Source: Vicinamibacterales bacterium (lineage in GTDB: Bacteria; Acidobacteriota; Vicinamibacteria; Vicinamibacterales; UBA2999). From it: a DNA stretch of 64,000 nucleotides. Under the pieces are notes generated by a model. The model was not told the DNA's origin. It did no database searches and saw only the letters and a program-made list of their open reading frames with translations. Positions 62,595 to 64,000 of the stretch are shown here, one piece after another; the stretch's first letter is position 1; each line of letters opens with the position of its first letter. The position numbers were made by a program, and so were the translations under genes. The DNA is taken from the NCBI GenBank assembly GCA_041394705.1, contig JAWKHS010000005.1, positions 107,374 through 171,373 on the forward strand, in the 5' to 3' direction.

Positions 62595-64000
62595 TCAGCG
62601 CCTCCGCATCGCGGCGAGCTCACGCAGCGCGGTCGCGCGGATGTCGGGCCGCACCTCTGGGCCGGTGAGGCGCTCGAGGTCGGCGCGGGACTCCCGTGCG
62701 CGGCCGAGGCGGCTGTAGACGGCCGCGCGTTCGATGCGCGCCTCCTCCTGGCCGGCATCGAGCTCGAGGGCCTTCGTGAAGAGCGCCAGCGCCCGATCCA
62801 GCGCGCTCTGGCGCGCCAGCAGCATGCCGAGGCCGACGAGCGCCCGCGTGTCGTCGCCGCGGCGATCGAGGGCGCGCTGATACTCCGCGGCCGCCTCGTC
62901 CACGCGACCGGCGTCGGCGAGGAGGTCCGCGTAGTCGGTGCGGAGCGCGGCGTGATTGGGCTGCGCCTCCACGGCCGCCCGCAGGGCCTCCAGGCCCTCG
63001 CCGGCGCGGCCGCTCGAAAACAGCAGTCCCGCACGGAGCGCGATGGCAGGCGCCAGTCGCGGATCGAGGGCGAGCGCGGCCTCCTCTTCCGCGAGCGCCA
63101 GGTCGCGCCGGTCCTGACGTACGTGGGCGAGCGCGAGCCAGTGATGGGCCTCGGCGCTCCCGGGCACGGCCGCGAGATAGGTCGTCAGGGCGGCGACGGC
63201 GCCCGGCGCGTCGCCCCCGGCCAGGAGCGCGCGTCCCAGGACGAGCCGCGCGAAGGGATTGGCGCCGTCCTGCGCGATCACGTCGCGGGCGATGCGGGCG
63301 GCCTCCCCGGCCCGGCCGCCGGCGATCGCGCGGTTCCCGGCGAGCAGCCGTTCGAAGATCGGCACCATCCGCTTGGGATCCGGTCCCGTCTCGCCGGCCT
63401 GGGCCACCGCGGGCGTCGCGACGTAGCCAAGGGCCGAGAGCCGGCGCTGGGCTTCGGCACTCACCGGCGCCTGGGCGGATCGATCCGGCGTGGCTCGCAC
63501 GGACGTCTCGAGCGTCCGCTTGAGCGCGCGCGCCACGGCGGGATCGGTGGCGGCCCGGTTCCGCGCCTCGCCAGGGTCGGTCGCGATCTCGTAGAGCTCC
63601 GGCTCGGGGCCGTCGATGTACTTCCACCTGCCGTCGTCCACCGCGCGCAGCGGTGCCCATCGCATGAAGAACTGGGGGAAGTAGGTCTCGGCGTAGGCCG
63701 GCGGGGCCGGCTCCGGCGCCTCGCCCGTCCTGCGGACCAGTGGCGTGAGGTCCCGGCCATCGGTCGCCCCGAACTCGACGCCCGCCAGGCGCGCGAGCGT
63801 CGGGGCCACGTCCACCAGCCGGACGGCCGTGTCGACGACCTGCCGGCGCAGGATCCCGGGCCACGCGACGATCAGCGGCACCTTGATGGCGCCCTCGTAC
63901 AGGAACAGACCGTGCGTGCTCTCGCCGTGATCGCCGAGGCTCTCGCCGTGGTCGCCGGCCACGATCACGAGCGGCGGCGCGGCACCCTGGACGTCTGGCG
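62595..64000 (-). CDS. sulfatase-family domain fused to C-terminal TPR repeats (N-terminus lies beyond the right window edge)
   Basis: The frame stays open to position 64000. The sulfatase C-terminal motifs VIVAGDHGESLGDHGE..HG.FLYE..IKVPLIV and DVAPTLA are present. At least 6 TPR-like units follow (AEAHHWLALAHVRQDRRDLALAEEE, GEGLEALRAAVEAQPNHA, DEAAAEYQRALDRRGDD, LDRALALFTKALELDAGQ, ...). Confidence 0.8.
   Translation of the reverse strand, partial: PDVQGAAPPLVIVAGDHGESLGDHGESTHGLFLYEGAIKVPLIVAWPGILRRQVVDTAVRLVDVAPTLARLAGVEFGATDGRDLTPLVRRTGEAPEPAPPAYAETYFPQFFMRWAPLRAVDDGRWKYIDGPEPELYEIATDPGEARNRAATDPAVARALKRTLETSVRATPDRSAQAPVSAEAQRRLSALGYVATPAVAQAGETGPDPKRMVPIFERLLAGNRAIAGGRAGEAARIARDVIAQDGANPFARLVLGRALLAGGDAPGAVAALTTYLAAVPGSAEAHHWLALAHVRQDRRDLALAEEEAALALDPRLAPAIALRAGLLFSSGRAGEGLEALRAAVEAQPNHAALRTDYADLLADAGRVDEAAAEYQRALDRRGDDTRALVGLGMLLARQSALDRALALFTKALELDAGQEEARIERAAVYSRLGRARESRADLERLTGPEVRPDIRATALRELAAMRRR

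Overview
This window is 64 kb of very GC-rich bacterial chromosome. Most hand-counted 60-nt lines are about 68-80 % G+C. I could support about 56 protein-coding genes. I found no rRNA, tRNA, CRISPR array, transposase, integrase or prophage genes. The gene content is sortilin-like BNR protein, PEGA, DUF4097, CocE/NonD, phytase-like esterase, many exported peptidases, sigma-54 and c-di-GMP parts. Together with the GC content this looks like a soil Acidobacteriota- or Gemmatimonadota-type genome, but that is inference only. Many long ORFs in the track are antisense or alternate-frame artefacts of the GC content. I moved several starts to internal ATG/GTG codons where a signal peptide, a Shine-Dalgarno sequence, or a 4-nt ATGA/GTGA stop-start overlap supported the change. 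All such coordinates were derived by hand.

The observations most worth a second look are these:
1. A co-directional locus at 12.1-19.5 kb. It has a -24/-12 sigma-54 promoter, a small HTH protein, and a secreted S8 subtilase ending in 16 Trp-containing hexapeptide repeats. These are followed by a membrane HD-GYP/GAF c-di-GMP phosphodiesterase and a TPR-GAF-AAA+ sigma-54 activator. A second sigma-54-type promoter sits in front of a REC-like/PilZ gene at 31.9 kb.
2. A Tat-signal D-amino-acid-oxidase homologue whose domain order is circularly permuted. It lies in a tightly coupled operon with an exported M20 peptidase, an APC permease and an aldo-keto-reductase/RidA fusion.
3. A recurrent arrangement of a -10-like hexamer 6-8 nt before the start codon of 11 genes, which suggests leaderless mRNAs.
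4. A recurrent G-tract (GGGGCTC)n element at gene boundaries, including a 25-bp inverted pair that brackets an intrinsic terminator.

Nothing here could be checked against databases. All family calls rest on motifs I recognise in the translations.
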